Positions 49,115 through 62,326 of a DNA stretch of 64,000 nt are shown here, one piece after another. A model generated the notes under the pieces. That model was not told the DNA's origin. It did no database searches and was given only the letters and a program-made list of their open reading frames with translations. The DNA is from Octopus sinensis (taxonomy: Eukaryota). The translations under genes and the position numbers were made by a program. Where the stretch lies: positions 29,760,001-29,824,000 of the forward strand of contig NC_043004.1 in the NCBI RefSeq assembly GCF_006345805.1, in the 5' to 3' direction. Within the stretch, counting starts at the first letter, position 1. Every line of letters starts with the position of its first letter.

Positions 49115-49217
49115 CAGTAATATACAGGGATTGTGCAAAGGTTGAACAAACATTGGACAGGGGTTGGACAATGATTGAGCCCCAAAACTTCATCAGAGAG
49201 ACCATAATGTTAGGGAT
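49115..49217 (-). CDS. Candidate coding exon 4 of the minus-strand gene (IPNIMVSLMKFWGSIIVQPLSNVCSTFAQSLYIT)
   Basis: Acceptor acttctttcctcacatgttag|, donor G|gtatgc; phase 0 to 1. Confidence 0.55.
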
Positions 49218-50854
49218 CTAACATGTGAGGAAAGAAGTACACACCAACTTAGACACAAAATTTGACAGTAAATTCTTACAACCATTCTCTAGATTAAGGT
49301 GAATATACTAAATGGTTTGGTGTGTTGTTACTAAATTCTAAAATCCATATTACTAAATTCTATAATTTCTAAAATAAGGTAAAATCTGTTAAGTAGTGCT
49401 GTTGTTATTAAATTCTATAATCTAGGTTAACAATCTGGTGAGAGCATTTAAATGTTGGTGTTACTAAGTTACCTCCCTCTCACTGTATCAAGAAAGCACA
49501 AAGCTGTGTATTCTAATTCAAGCTACCATATTGACCACACATAGAGGGATGTTGATGGAATGGTAACTGTTAATAATATCTACACTGATACTTGACTAGA
49601 ATATATTTTATTAACACTGAAAGGATAAAATATAAAATCAGCTTCACATCAGTATTTGAATTCAAAGTGTAAAGGAACTAAATACCACAATGTCTGATAG
49701 CTGATGCTCCACCGATTCTGCTAATATAATACCAATATATAAGGTATAACACTGCCTGATCAGACTGGAGCCTGGTGCAGCCTCCTGGCTTCCCAGACCC
49801 CAGTCGAACTGCCCAATCCATGCTAGCATGGAAAACGGACGTTAAACGGTGATGATGATGATGATACAACTCACTTATTATTGTCATATAATAAACAAAC
49901 AAAAGTTTGTGTATGAAATTGACATTTTTTCTACTTCAATGACCACATGTTTTTCTCTTACAAAATACACACATACAAGTGGAGTAAATTATATATATTA
50001 TAATACTTTGAATGTTATTGTCGTGGCTGTTGACAGTATTACCTGATTCGCACCCATGCTGGTGGCACGTAAAAAGCACCATTTGAGTGTGATTGTTGTC
50101 AGTGTCACCTGACTGGCTCCCATGGTGGTGGTATGTAAAAAGCACCATTCAAGCATGGCCGAGGCTAGTACCTCCTGGCTGGCCCTCATGCCGGTGGCAC
50201 ATAAAAACCATCCACTATACTCTCAGAGTTGTTGGCATTAGGAAGGGCATCCAGCTGTAGAAACATTGCCAGATCAGATTGGAGCCTGGTGCAGCCTTCT
50301 GGTTCCCCAGCCCTCAGTCAAACCATCCAACCCATGCCAGCATGGAAAGCAGAAGTTAAACGACAATGATGATGATGATGATGATGATGATGAATGTGAC
50401 TCCTGAGAATATGTAATTACTCAATCAACAATGGGTATTACTGCTAGTGTATATATATCTATAGCTATATATATATATTTATATATGTATATCATCATCA
50501 TCATTATCATTTAATGTCCATTGTCCTCTACTCTTCTGACTCAGTGCGTCTGTGTTGCTGGTGGTGTGGCACAGTTGTGGTTCAGTTGTCATGTGAGGTA
50601 GATGTCGTTTTTGTCTAGTCACCCTATTTGACTAATACAGTTCAAGTTTTGATTTAAGGCATATTGTAATGGAGATTGCCTGTTACATTATTTTTAATGT
50701 TGATATCCATCATAGATATTAAAATATCCCACAAAATGATGTATTCTGTGGGTATTTTCAAAATAAATGTGATGTGAATCTAAGATTCTTTAGTGTTTCC
50801 TTAATTTTATAAATTATTTTATTGTATTGCTTTATATTAATATCAATCAGATAC

Positions 50855-50893
50855 AAGGTTTTCAAACTTCTCAGCAGTGAGTGAAGATATATC
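50855..50893 (-). CDS. Candidate coding exon 3 (DISSLTAEKFENL)
   Basis: Acceptor ctcattctgttggttcag|, weak donor |gtatct; 39 nt, phase 0 to 0 (skippable without frameshift). Confidence 0.3.
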
Positions 50894-51446
50894 CTGAACC
50901 AACAGAATGAGTATATTTTACATAATACTAAAATTATAAATATTTTTGTAATGGGGTGTGTAAACACCCCAAGTGACTAACCACGTTCGGAGAGGTCAGG
51001 CGACTTATGAAGGGCTAAGCTCTTATCAATAAATCCCAGTCTTTCATTCTTGGAAACTGAGAATTAGTGAACTCTAACAGGGTTTTAATCAAATCCAGAA
51101 TTTATGTTAAGTTTGACACTTCCATCATGCTACCAACTACTAGAGATATATATTCAGTAAGTTGCAGGTATCAGGAAAACTATATACTTCTTGCTCTATA
51201 TAATTGTTAAAAAGTTTTCATAACTCAGAAAGAATGAAAAAACAAAGCAAAAAAAAAAAAAAAAAGCAACAGAAACAGGCACTTGTGTAATAGATAACAG
51301 AGTTGGTATATTATATATATACAATATCATAAATTTAGTTTCATAAAGGACAATTCATGTTACCGAATGGTTTCATGTTAAAAACTTTGCATGTGTGGAA
51401 AGGTAACTAACAACCATTCAGCTATGTCTGATGATTGTTGATTTAC

Positions 51447-51478
51447 CTTTCCATTGTTGGAAGGCTTTCTTTCTTTTC
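51447..51478 (-). CDS. Candidate coding exon 2 (32 nt, approx. (G)KERKPSNNGK)
   Basis: Acceptor aattttcatgtag|, donor AG|gtaaat; converts phase 1 to phase 0 as the chain requires. Confidence 0.45.
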
Positions 51479-51534
51479 CTACATGAAAATTTTCGGTAAT
51501 TTGGATTGGCTGTTATGAGACTTAATAATACCTT

Positions 51535-51570
<36 letters not shown>

Positions 51571-51905
51571 TGCATATGTGTGCATGTGAGTGCATGTGCT
51601 TTAACTAATAAATTTTAAATGTATAAATACAGACACAAGCAGGGCTATGGGTGCAGATGTAGCTGTGAGGTTAAGAAGTTTGCCTCCCAACTACATGGTT
51701 TTGGGTTCAGTCCCTTGGGCAAGTGTTATCTACTATAGCCTTGGGTTGATTAAAGCCTCATGAGCAGATTTGGTTCATTTCCAAAATAATGTGAAAGCAT
51801 GTCTGGCCATGGAGAAATATAACTTTGCTAGGAAAGAAGTGAGAGTTGATGACATGAAGGGCATCTGACCTTTGAAAATCTATCTCAATTAACCATGCAA
51901 GATTG

Positions 51906-51947
<42 letters not shown>

Positions 51948-52289
51948 GGACGAGGAGGATGATGATGATGATGATGATAATGATGGTGATGATGATGATG
52001 ATGATTTCAGTTTAGCAAAATATTCATGATGTGTTAGTGCACATGTAATTTCTCACCTGTTGTCACCATTATATAAGAATGTACCATGCTAGCATGGAAA
52101 GCGGACGCTAAACGATGATGATGATGTAATAATATACCTGTGAAATGTTTTATCAACTCAGTTGAAGGAATTGACAGAATGCTAGTCAACTAATTTTAAT
52201 AGTTCATATCCTTTCACTGAGGACTGTTCAATATCTCTATTAATCACTTACTCCTCACTAACCCAGTACAGTTAACTATTAACAAATAC

Positions 52290-52623
52290 CATGAGAAGAT
52301 GTTGTTGTCTGTTCCAAGCAGGCTAACACTGCAAGACTGATTTTTCTTATAGACACAAGGCCACATACTTTAAAGGAGGATTCGAGGATACACTCATTAA
52401 ATTGACTGCAGTTCTGTCTTGTACTTTGTTTCATTAAACCTGAAATGATGTAAGGAAACGTTACTTCAGTAGCATTTGGCTTCAGAATCTCTTCTGTTGT
52501 GACAAATAACTGCTGTAACAAATAACTAATGTATTTTGTCTGAGCCTCTAATGGTTTTGCCATTTCGCTACTACTACCACTATATAATTTGTAAACTTGC
52601 AGTGTAAAACTCAGTTTGTTCAT
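52290..52623 (-). CDS. First coding exon of an unidentified minus-strand protein-coding gene (111 aa, MNKLSFTLQV...LACLEQTTTSSH)
   Basis: Longest non-repeat ORF; acceptor gtctttgtatttgtctacag| at 52664, in-frame upstream stop before the ATG, donor G|gtattt (alternative AAA|gtatgt at 52369). Confidence 0.65.
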
Positions 52624-52696
52624 GGAGTTAGAGACAGGCAGGCATTACAAGGAAGATTAGCTCTCTGTAGACAAATACAAAGACACACTCTTTATA

Positions 52697-52930
52697 CAGT
52701 AATCCCTTGTTTCCAAACCCCCTACAATAGGTGTTATGCTCCAAAACCCCCTACGATAGGTGAAAATCCATGAAGTAGAAACAGTACTGTACTGTATATA
52801 TTTTTTTATTATTTTCATAATTTGTATATATTTATTTTATTATAAATGCAAAACAACACCACAGAGGAATAGAGGTAATCTTAAATAATAAACCATGATC
52901 GGTGAACCACGATATGGTGAGGGATTGCTG
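52697..52930. mobile_element. pogo/Tigger-type MITE
   Basis: TIRs CAGTAATCCCT / AGGGATTGCTG with TA flanks. Confidence 0.75.
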
Positions 52931-53049
52931 TATATATGGTACTCATACTAATCCCCCACTCATACTAATCCCCCACTGAAACTCAAAAATATTTGAGTTA
53001 AATGTTCTAACATCTTCAAAATGTATAGAATTCATGCACATATATGCAT

Positions 53050-53220
53050 TGGCTGTGTGGTAAGTAGCTTGCTTACCAGCTACATGGTTCCGGGTTCAGT
53101 TCTACTGCGTGGCACCTTGGGCAAGTGTCTTCTACTATAGCCTCGGGCCGACCAAAGCCTTGTGAGTGGATTTGGTGGACGGAAACTAAAAGAAGCCCGT
53201 CGTATATATATGTATATATA

Positions 53221-53266
<46 letters not shown>

Positions 53267-53467
53267 CGTCCCCACCAACATCGCTTGACAACCGATGCTG
53301 GTGTGTTATGTTCCCGTAACTTAGTGGTTCAGCAAAAGAGACCAATAGAATAAGTACTAGGCTTACAAAGAATAAGTCCTGGGGGTCGATTTGCTTGACT
53401 AAAGGCGATGCTCCAGCATGGCCACAGTCAAATGACTGAAACAAGTAAAAGAGTAAAAGAGTAAAGA

Positions 53468-53468
<1 letters not shown>
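53050..53468 (+). mobile_element. Full-length family-B tRNA-derived SINE
   Basis: tRNA-like head, CCTTGGGCAAGTGTCTT, internal (GT)n and (AAAGAGT)n tail. Confidence 0.85.
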
Positions 53469-53519
<51 letters not shown>

Positions 53520-54179
53520 ATCTTATATTCTTATATGTATGTATACACACACATATACATTACAACTACCTGATTGAATAGCCACATGAAACTTTGAGTA
53601 ACAGTTTGTGAATTTGTTTTTTTGGCTTTAATAAAATAGCATTTTACTCTGCCTTTGGTGCTTGAGTACTATCTTTTCCACCATGTTTTGCACCTACATG
53701 CTTACTTATGTGTATACAAACACACACATATATGTATGCATACATATATGTGTGTATGTGCATGTACATATGCCCATGTTTAAAGAAATTAATTGAATGT
53801 GATAACAAAATTAATTAAATGAATAATTACAAATATAAATCTGCATAATTAATACCTCTATTAACCAGAAACAATCACACAAAAAAGAACCAATTTTAAA
53901 TTTTACATTTTACTGCAAAGCTCATGAAGTACTGAGGTTTGACCCCAACAAAAATGTTGGACAAGTGACCACATGAGTCTGGATTTCTTCTAAACATTCA
54001 ATCAGACACCTCTATAAATTATATCTGATTCAGCAGAGTTAATCAGGCCAATTGCCAAAAACATCAACAACATGACATAATAATTTTATATTGAAAATAA
54101 ATATATAATAGAAGCTATATTGATATTCTATTTTTAACGGTATTCCCCCATTAATTTATGTAAATAATTAAGGTTTGCT

Positions 54180-54473
54180 TGTTAATAACAGTTATTTACA
54201 TTATTTACAATTGATGGATATTTGTCCTCATCTTGATGTACTCTGCAGCCTTCATCCGGTGTCTTGGGGAAATTTCGAACCTGGGTTCTCATTCCTAAGG
54301 TATTTTTCAATGTTATTATTATTATTATAATTATTATTATTATTATCAGCATTATTCAGTTCACTGCCTGGAATCAAACTTGGAATCTTGGGGTTAGTAG
54401 CCTGCATGGGCTACTAACCCCAAGATTCTGAGTTTGATTCCAGGCAGTGACCTGAATAATGATGATGATGATG

Positions 54474-54504
<31 letters not shown>

Positions 54505-54720
54505 AACAACATCGAAAAATACCTTAGGAATGAGAACCCAGGTTCGAAATTTCCCCAAGTCACCTGATGAAGGCTGGAGAGTACATCAGCTGAAATGTTA
54601 TGTTAACAACAAACAAGACGAGGACAAATATCCATCAATTGTAAATAATGTAAATAATGTACATAATTCCTCATCTCTTAAATATAGAACTGTACTTAAT
54701 AACAGTTGTTTGACTTTTTA
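54180..54720. mobile_element. Inverted-repeat Penelope-type pLTR element with decayed hammerhead (54560-54603)
   Basis: Arms 54180-54345 and 54480-54720 are reverse complements; TCAC / CTGATGA / AGGCTG...CAGCT / GAAA / TG / TT / ATGT. Confidence 0.7.
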
Positions 54721-56724
54721 ACAATGACTGGCCCTGTATATTGTACAAATGTGCTGATAAAAAATTATGGTGAACAAGGCAAAAGTGTTCTGGACTAGAA
54801 AGTTCAAATATTTGATAATATACTCTAGGACCTCATTGTTCTGAGTTCAAATCTCACAGTTAACTTAAGTGACATTTTCCAGAATTTATTTTTAAAAAGT
54901 ATCAATAACATACTGGAGAAACAACGTATTTAACTAAACCCATTTCCCAAAAAAACCTTTTGTGCTTCAGTAAAGAAATTAATATCCTTTTGTGAAAGTC
55001 ACTAGGGAACTGGACAAGATGTTTTGCTATGATTAGTTCCATACCTCATTGTTCTGAGTTCAAATGCTGCTGAGGTCAACTTTATCATTATCTTTTCTTG
55101 AGTGGTTCAATATGTTGCAAGAATATATTGTGACCAGTCCAATAAATACTTCTACTTCTTTACAAAAATTGGCATTGTGCCTTGTCATAAGAATGTACTG
55201 AGCATAACTAATAGTGGTACCAGAGAGGTGGTGAGGAGAAACAGTGACAGAATAATAAAAGAGAGAAGAGGAATTGATGTCAGACTAAGCTAATTTTTAA
55301 TTCAGAATGACAGGAGAAAATATGCAATAAATAAATTATCTCAATCTATATAATAGGGCAATAATTTCTTGTTTGGATACAAGAACAATTTCCTGAAAAT
55401 GTACGATATACAAAGAAATGACGGCAACTTTATAAGACTTTGAAATCAAGAAATGTAATGATAATTCTTGAGATTCTTGAAAGCAGACCAAATTGATCAC
55501 AGCAAAGAAATATTACACACAATATATGAAGCTAGTATTCAGAAATGTCTTTATTATTAAACTTAAAAGAGAGAAAATAATCAGAATTATGCTGTTTTTG
55601 TTCACTCATACAATATGAATATAAATAATTGGAGAATGAATGTGATACTAAGATTGGATGGTAATAAAAAAAAAATTCCTCCCTTTGTATGGGAGGACAA
55701 CAGTTAAAATCTTGAGATAAAACAGCTGCAGTTGGAATCAAAATATATCAGAATACAATTATTTTTCCAACAGTTTAATCAAAGGTAGGAGGACTATGCC
55801 CCTCACTGTGTTTTTACTGCAATACCATTATGAAAATGGTAAAAATGTGAATGACCATCCATGAGGAAGTAGTGAAATTTAAGGTTGGATTAAAGTTAAA
55901 GGTAGAACAACAAAAATTTGAAAGGGGAATGAAAACAATAAAAGAAAGATATATAAGGTACAAAGAAAAATTCTACAAAATGAATTAGAAAATAAAGAGC
56001 AAAATTCAACCATTGCATAGGAAATTATCATGAGTATATTGTGAAACCTGACTGAATTAGTCATCTGGGATTGACCAGTTAGAAATTATAGAGAGAACAT
56101 GAAGAGTTTATGGTTAAACTAAAGATCATTGACTTCTTTACTGACACTAATGTAAACTGTTTTAAAAAAAAAGGTTGATGTAAATGATATGTAAGATCTA
56201 GTATATGTGGGTTTGATGAAACATTTATTCACGTAATAGGTTCACAGACCTGGACATGACAATATATGCACAAGCACAAACTGTGAAAATTGATATTATT
56301 ATCAGCTTGTATTATATGCCTAAAAAAGGTTACAGAAAGGCAAATGAGTGAAAGTATTGTGGGACATGGCGTGGCACACTGACAAAAAAATCGTGACTAG
56401 TTGACCCTGAACTGACATGAAGTTATAAATAGATTGTAGCTAATTTGCCATGGAATTTAGATGGGAATGTCTCCATTAAGGATATAGAAACCAATAAAAA
56501 AGACAAAAATTTACAGACATTTATTTATTTGTTTCATGTAGATGATAATTTGGGAACAATAATGCAATGAGTCACCAGTTTGCGATAAACCAATTACTGT
56601 TTCATTGCCTGATCGTTGGCAAAGGTTTACATTCTTTACCAATATACATTGGCAAATGAAACACACGTGTACATGCAATAAGAATCAGCCTTCACCTGCA
56701 AATGAGTATGGCTTGATAACATAC

Positions 56725-56831
56725 CACACTTTCTCTAATTATTTCTGACTCCCATATAGCTGCATGCAGACGTAGACACTGTCTAGATATTCCCAGCATA
56801 TAACCCAGTGGTACAACCAGGATGTGGACTG
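56725..56831 (-). other. Candidate 5' UTR exon of the minus-strand gene
   Basis: Acceptor ctcacattcccttcag|, donor G|gtatgt; lies between the CpG-retaining zone and the first coding exon. Confidence 0.35.
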
Positions 56832-56964
56832 CTGAAGGGAATGTGAGTTACACCAGTACACAGCTGGTACTCATATTCAACCATGTAGTCTGGAGCAACA
56901 TGAAATGAAGCACCTTGCTCAGTGACATAATGCACTATGCTGTCCAGCCCTTATCACATACATA

Positions 56965-57027
<63 letters not shown>

Positions 57028-57199
57028 GCTTCTGCACAGTTTCCATCTCCTAACTTCCACTCACAAGATATTGGTCAATTCAACACCAAAATTCTGCACT
57101 GGGGGATCAGATCTGTAACCACATTGTTGTGAAGTGGGTTTCTTAACCACATAGACATACAACAGATAGACAAGTAATGAACCTTTTCATTATCAAATC

Positions 57200-58150
57200 G
57201 TTAATAAAATATACTACGTCAAAGATGAATTTAGGAAAATAACTTCACCTTTTTAAGCTGGTGTTTGGAATATAAATTAACGTGAAATTTTGATGGAAGA
57301 TTACAATTTAGATATCATAGAACCAAAAGTAGTCTAGGGTGGGTTGGTATCAAATGGGTTAATTATCAAGAGGAGTTGTTACGGTAAATCTAATATATTT
57401 CAAAACTCAAATATTTAGATTTTACTACCGCTTGTTTCTTTGACGTTAGGATTAGTAATAAAGGAATTGAACATTGTTGTTGTTTAGCCCCAGGTCAACT
57501 CATGAACAAAGATGTTCCAGCCCTGACCATCCTGTGTTTTATTCAGGCGTTTTTGTATCTCAGATTGCATAATTCAATGTGTTTCACTCACAAAGCTATT
57601 GGTTAATGAAAACGAAGATTCTGCACTGAACTAGTGCATTTCCAAAGACAACAGAATGTAACTTGAGGGAGATTTAGTTGCTATTTCTAGTAGATTGAAT
57701 GATAACAAGAGCATATCGTAGCTTTAAAATAAACTGTTTTTAATCAATGGAGCACAAGTGAATCCAAATAACCTCCCTTTATTTATATTTTTTGAGGAAA
57801 GCCACGGCGGGAGAAAGGAGAGCAAAGTAAAAAATGTAAGAGGTAAGAATTAAAACGTTCAGACTATTTATTATTCAAGGTGATTGTTCAATAAAACCTG
57901 TCGTCATTTATTATTGAACAACTCTATTTGCTGTGATAAGATGGAGGCTTGGAGTATTGGGAGTTATTTCCCTTTATATACTTGTACAGTGAATAAATGT
58001 CGAAATGTTGAACATTATTTGCACATCTGAGCATAATAAACATATTCTATCATTTCAATATTTTGTTCGTTGAACAAATATTCACTTAATAATACTGTTA
58101 AGTTCTTGTGTTAAAATGTTAAGGCATAACGAATCTAACTTGGCAGACCT
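57200..58150. promoter_or_regulatory. CpG-retaining zone, possible (bidirectional) promoter
   Basis: CpGs persist in unique sequence (CTACCGC, TGACGTT, CACGGCGGG, TGTCGTC, TGTCGAA), whereas flanking unique DNA appears CpG-poor; plus-strand donor GAG|gtaaga at 57842. Confidence 0.3.
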
Positions 58151-59084
58151 CATTCATTTAGGGCTTTTTACAAGCATTGTTTATGTTTTTTTCTGGTAAA
58201 GAAGCTTGCTTCCCAACCACATGGTTCTGAGTTCAGTCCCATTGCGTGGCACCTTGGGCAAGTGTCTTCTGCTATAGCCTCCGACCGAACAAAGCCTTGT
58301 GAGTGGATTTGGTAGACGGAAACCGAAAGAAGCCTGTCGTATATATGTATCTATATACCTCTGTATGTGTGTGTTTTTGTGTCTGTTTGTCCTCCCCACG
58401 ACCACTTGACAAGTGGTGCTGGTGTGCTTACGACCCCCGTAACTTAGCTGTTTAGCCAAAGAAGCTGATAGTATAAGTACCAAACTTTAAAAAAATAAGT
58501 CCTGGGGTTGATACATTCCACTAAAAATTCCTCATGGTAGTGCTCCAGACTGAATCAAGTAAAAAGACCAGAAAAAGAGAATATCTAAAAATTTTAATAT
58601 GGACTTTGGAAAAAGCATAAATATACTCAGTTTTACTTTCCATCCTTATAAATCTTGATCCCTGTCAAAGTTTTCCTTCTTTACATAAATATAGTTTAAA
58701 TCTATATCGGAGACTTGAATCCCTTTAGTAAAGTCCAATCTGTTGAAGACAGCGGGTCCAGTTGTTGTTGTTGTTGTTGCTGCTGTTATTCTTGTAGTTG
58801 TTAAGGTAGTGAGCTAACAGAATGGTTAGCACGTTGGACAAAATCCTTTGTAGCATTTCTTCTGGCTCTATACAATTTGAGTTCAAATCTCGCCAAGATC
58901 AACTTTGCCTTTCATCCCAACATTTGGTTTATCTCTATTTCCATAGCTTTGTATTTGGATAATTTCTCCATTTATCTGAGAGTTAGTACCAGGAGTATGC
59001 AATAAAGCAGAGGACAATAACTAGAATATAGATATACATTAGAAAAAGTTTCAGAAAGTGATAGAGTGACTCTAGTCTATGTCA

Positions 59085-60600
59085 CAGTACATACAAACTG
59101 TTGGGTCTGATACTTTAATTAGGAAGTATTTCTTTTTCTGATGGTCTTTGACAACAATGGTTTTGATTTCCCTCTTGTCTGCAATTATTGATATATGCAA
59201 GATTGCAGCTACTTTGTCATTTTCTGAGAGCTTTTCTGATGTATGTTCTCAGTTGGTATTTCATTATATAATAGTGGTGCTCTAAGTCTGTGAATGCATT
59301 CATTCTTTTGGGCTAAGACTGGGTAGCCAAAGGTAATGTGGGTAGTTAGTTCTTCCTCATCTTCACATATTCTGCAGTTACTTATTGTATTCAATTTTTG
59401 GTGGTTTTTCTTTTTCTTTCTCAGGCTACATTGTAATTTTTCCTTGTCTACTTCCACTCAATTCACTAAAACCATTTTGAGATGTTTCTTGCCATAAATT
59501 CAACATGACATTCTGCTGTACGATTTTTGCATTTTCACAATTTCTGTTGTTATTCCTTTTTTCATCATAACTCTCTGCTATTGCAGTCTCTTTCTGATAT
59601 TTTGCTGGCTTCTTTGATCAGAGAAAACAGTTGTTTTGTTCATGTTTGGTAGCTATTTGTATAAATTTTCCATGATTCTTTACTAGATATCTTTATGAGA
59701 ATTATTTTATAACACTTTTCTACTTGTAAAAGGCCTCTAGCCCCCTGTATTCATAGTAAATATAATTTTTCTGCGTCAGATTTTGGGTGGCATATTCTAA
59801 ATGCAATCAATATTTTTCTTGTTTCTTTTATTTAGTCTTGCTAGTTTGTTTATTAAAACTGTAACTTCTTGCTAGGACTGTTACAGTATTGATATCTATT
59901 ACCTGTTTTTTACATTTAACACTATTTTAAGTGTTAATCTGATATGTCTGTAATATTCCTTCCTAATCAAATTTTTTTATTTGCATGTATTGTGCATTAC
60001 CCAGTTCATTGATACCTAAGGAATTATATGTCTATGTCTGGTCTAATTCTCATATTTCTGTGTCTTTCACTAGCATTCTATTAGCATTCTTAATTAATTT
60101 CTATCTCTTCAAGGCTGCCTTAGCCCATTTTTCTAATCTAAATCTCTGTAGACATGTCAGTCTCTTTGCTCATAATTTATGAGAAGTCCTCTATTATGTT
60201 TCACTTGAATTTTGTAAATGATTAATAGTTATTGGAGGCTCAAGTATTTTGTGGCCCCAAAGAGGAAGGCTAGATTTTATGAGACAGTCTTTGAAAAATC
60301 TCCATGCTGGTGAAGTCTAGCATTTTGTGTGAGTAGACTGTCTGTTGAATTCAAAGTGTTTCACATAAGAAATGAGTTGTATATGGCAGGGATGTGCAAG
60401 TAGATTCATGTGTCCTGATATTGTTTTTTCATGTCCTTGTACATCTCCTCCTTTATCATACTCAATGCTATAATTATTATTAGCACTGCTTCTATTTTTC
60501 ATACCCCACATCCTGCTTATCTCTGTTTTAAGGTCATTGAACTTTGATAATTTCTTACTCTCTTTCTAGTTATATTTTGGTTTGGATACAGTGATGTTCA
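59085..60600 (-). mobile_element. Highly degenerate R4/Dong-like RT-CCHC fragment
   Basis: CRICEDEEELTTHITFGYPVLAQ (CCHC-like), plus decayed FxDDLK and YKYLG-type remnants. Confidence 0.6.
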
Positions 60601-61625
60601 TTCCCATCTCCACCACCACCAGGTAAATTCAAGCTGCTCAGCCCCTGTTGTTGATTTTAGGAATGGGTTCAGATCTTACCACCAGGGTGTGAGGAACTGT
60701 GAAGAAGCCTACAAACATGGACTGAAAGGAAGCCATCCCTGAAAGGCTGGATGAAGGTGGAGATTATGTACATCACTTTGCTGGTGTGTGATCACCAAAG
60801 TATTGAACTATTCCTTAGAGAATACCTAACCAAATTGGAATATCTGCCCTTTTGCTACTTGTGGAAAGAACTTGTGTTAGAAGTTCTATCTGCTGATGAC
60901 ATCTGTTTCTGTAGATTTGCAGGGTGCTCAGGTTATTGATACATTGAGATGGTAACATTTACAAAGATTATTATGCTATATATATTGTCATCAGTGTTTT
61001 ATTGTATCTGATAATTTATTTGGCTTCTTCCCCTCTGTCCATGTTTATGCCTCTGACGTCTAATGAGGCTGATTCTCATATGGAAGCATCTATTACCAAG
61101 TTCACAAGGGATCCGTGGTGGAGGTTTTGGTTGTTGCAGCTTCTATTTTCTTTCTTGTCATTTCTCTTCTTCTTCCTTCCTCTCATTCAGCTTCAAAATA
61201 ATCTTTCACAGTGGAGATAGAATGATGCCAGCCAGGCCTGTTCTGAGCTTCAATGTCCCAGGCTTTATGATCGATTCCAGTCAATTTTAGGCTTTGCTTC
61301 AGCTGGTCCTTGTATCGATGGAGGGGACAAGCTATGAAGATGGTTCCAGTCGTACTGGGGAAATGAACTGATTGGGGCAGCTGAAGCATCAGAGGACCTT
61401 CCACATTGAAGGCTTTGGGATGGTATCAAAGGCCTTTTTGAGGTTATAGAAAACAAAATAGGGAGGTTTTTGTTGTTCTCTACTCTTTTCTTGTATCTGC
61501 CAAGCACAAAAGATAATGTCAGTTGTCCCTCTGAATGGTTCAAATCCACATTGTGATTCAGGTAGGACTTCCTCCACAATGACTTGGACAATCCAGAATG
61601 AGCCTGGCAAAGATTCTCCCTGCAG
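60600..61625 (-). mobile_element. Internally deleted RTE/BovB-like retrotransposon
   Basis: VLPESQCGFEPFRGTTDIIFCAWQIQEKSREQQKP...LKKAFDTI; RYKDQLKQSLKLTGIDHKAWDIEAQNRPGW. Confidence 0.85.
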
Positions 61626-61959
61626 TGGAGTGCAGTGAGTCAATTCAAATAAATGAACAATAAAATTAACAATAACAAACAAGAGGACATGCACAAGGAA
61701 TGTAATTAGCTTGACTGTCTGGAAAAAAAAAAGTGAATTTTGACATTTTGAGCATAGCTCTTTGTGAGAAAGGAGAAAGGGAAAAGTCTGAAGAAGGAAA
61801 AGAAATCACCAACAGCATGTGTGTAGTTACATTGCTGAAGACCCCCCCCCCCAAAAAAAAATTATGACGAATGTATATTAACATTTACAAAGATTGAATA
61901 TGATGAAAGCATTATCATCAACAGCAATCTGTTTTAAAATTGTCAAAAAAGTGAAGATG

Positions 61960-62260
61960 TCTTAGCATCACTCAGTAAGGTCTTTGTCAACTACTCATCA
62001 CCTGTCTACTTAAAGCTATATATGACTGTTGTATGTCCATGCTTACTGTTTGCTTCCCCAGTCTGGAATCCCAACCTTGCCCAGAATATTGATCTATTAG
62101 AAGCTATCTAGAGACATGCAACCAAATGAAAGCTTGTCAGTCAGTTACCATGTCTTGAATGTATTGCTTCCCTAGGCATTGACACACTAAAGTTTCAACA
62201 TCCAATAGCTGACTCAGTAGAAGCCTGCCAGTTTTCCAGCAACAACTTTGGCCATCTTCT
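61960..62260 (+). mobile_element. CR1/L2-clade retrotransposon 3' fragment
   Basis: LKLYMTVVCPCLLFASPVWNPNLAQNIDLLEAI*RHATK matches the CR1 LYKxLVRPHLEYASPVWNP motif. Confidence 0.75.
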
Positions 62261-62294
62261 GAATTCAATATCTCAACCACATGTGGGCATGCTG

Positions 62295-62326
<32 letters not shown>

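Noticed and set aside
52290-52623. Assigning FANCC or NELFB as the gene symbol
   Set aside because: The similarity is limited to short motifs with inconsistent spacing, and a true NELF-B orthologue should be far more conserved; needs a profile search
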